A DNA stretch of 25,120 nucleotides. It comes from Candidatus Undinarchaeota archaeon. GTDB taxonomy: Archaea > Undinarchaeota > Undinarchaeia > Undinarchaeales > UBA543. Shown in pieces: positions 24,430-25,120 of the stretch. A program made the translations under genes and the position numbers. Location of the stretch: the NCBI GenBank assembly GCA_964567575.1, contig CAZMMZ010000005.1:1953-27072 (forward strand), written 5' to 3'. Each line of letters opens with the position of its first letter. Positions within the stretch are counted from its first letter, which is position 1. Below the pieces are notes generated by a model. The model saw nothing but the letters and a program-made list of their open reading frames with translations, searched no databases and had not been told where the DNA came from.

Positions 24430-25059
24430 ATGAAAACTAACTCACGTCTCCAGTGGTGGTCAATTCGCATTCTTGTAATCTGCGTTATAGTGTTTCTATT
24501 ACAACTTATTTTTGGAGGTATTACAAGAAATTTTGTACTAGTCTCTGACACAGTTTGGTATCGGCCTTGGACTTTAATTACTCACGCATTTCTCCACGGC
24601 TCAGCAACTCATCTTCTTTACAACATGTTCGCGCTAGCGCTTTTCGGAACAATTCTTGAAAAATTAATTGGCAGCAAACGTTTTTTGATTCTGTATATTT
24701 CTGCAGGATTTGCATCTGCATTTGTTTCAATTCCTCTTTACGGAGCAGTTCTTGGTGCATCTGGAGCCATTTTTGGGGTTATGGGAATGCTCGCAATTCT
24801 CAGGCCAAAGATGATTGTATGGGTTTTCGGGTTTCCAATGCCAATGGCTTTAGCTGCAGTCTTTTGGGCAATTGGTGATTTCGTGGGATTGTTTTTGCCA
24901 AGCGGAACTGCAAATGCAGCGCATCTTGCTGGTTTAGCAGTAGGTCTTGGATTTGGTTTTTATTTCTATAAAAAAATGGGTGAAGTTAAACACAAGAAAA
25001 AATCCGATATTAAAATTGATGAGGATTCTTTTGAAGATTGGGAAGATCGCTGGATGTGA
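24430..25059 (+). CDS. Rhomboid family intramembrane serine protease
   Basis: WTLITHAFLHGS..HLLYNMFAL, GASGAIFG (catalytic Ser) and AHLAG (catalytic His). Confidence 0.95.
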   Translation: MKTNSRLQWWSIRILVICVIVFLLQLIFGGITRNFVLVSDTVWYRPWTLITHAFLHGSATHLLYNMFALALFGTILEKLIGSKRFLILYISAGFASAFVSIPLYGAVLGASGAIFGVMGMLAILRPKMIVWVFGFPMPMALAAVFWAIGDFVGLFLPSGTANAAHLAGLAVGLGFGFYFYKKMGEVKHKKKSDIKIDEDSFEDWEDRWM

Positions 25060-25120
25060 GTAACTTTATTATATCATTACAGTCTTAATTTATTTGATAA
25101 AAATGTTAATGCTCTATATA

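Noticed and set aside
289-24760. Numerous short antisense or overlapping ORFs in the track (e.g. 1304-1885, 3900-4253, 13780-14328, 16491-16808)
   Set aside because: They lie opposite or inside well-identified genes and show the Phe/Ser/Ile-rich pattern expected from the reverse complement of Lys/Glu-rich coding DNA.

Overview
Archaeal chromosomal segment, AT-rich, with genes almost all on the minus strand from 96 to 20515. The single-chain PriS-PriL primase points to a DPANN lineage of the Nanoarchaeota/Woesearchaeota/Pacearchaeota/Aenigmarchaeota/Nanohaloarchaeota type (inference). The backbone is the conserved archaeal informational cluster rpoL-(sec11)-tfs-(RPA small subunit)-pcn...primase-gins-rpl44e-rps27e-aIF2alpha-nop10-PAC2, followed by endoQ. 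It is interrupted by agmatinase, a DUF362 Fe-S protein, FBP aldolase/phosphatase and an AT-rich four-helix-bundle gene flanked by inverted 7-nt tandem repeats. Further genes are dph2, ppsA, rpl10e, DUF1512, trmJ, an IMPase/FBPase, a PfkB kinase, a DRG GTPase, a HemK-like methyltransferase and a rhomboid protease. The ORF track misses nop10 and rps27e, a Zn-ribbon gene with an in-frame TGA, and a gene split by a frameshift at an A10 run. The most unusual signal is non-coding: a dispersed family of structured intergenic elements (3619-3742, 19170-19300, and relatives in a ~117-nt tandem duplication at 21889-22075). They share two adjacent hairpins with compensatory changes, a conserved bulged T and a loop complementary to a downstream C(G/A)GAG motif that abuts the start codon in two copies.
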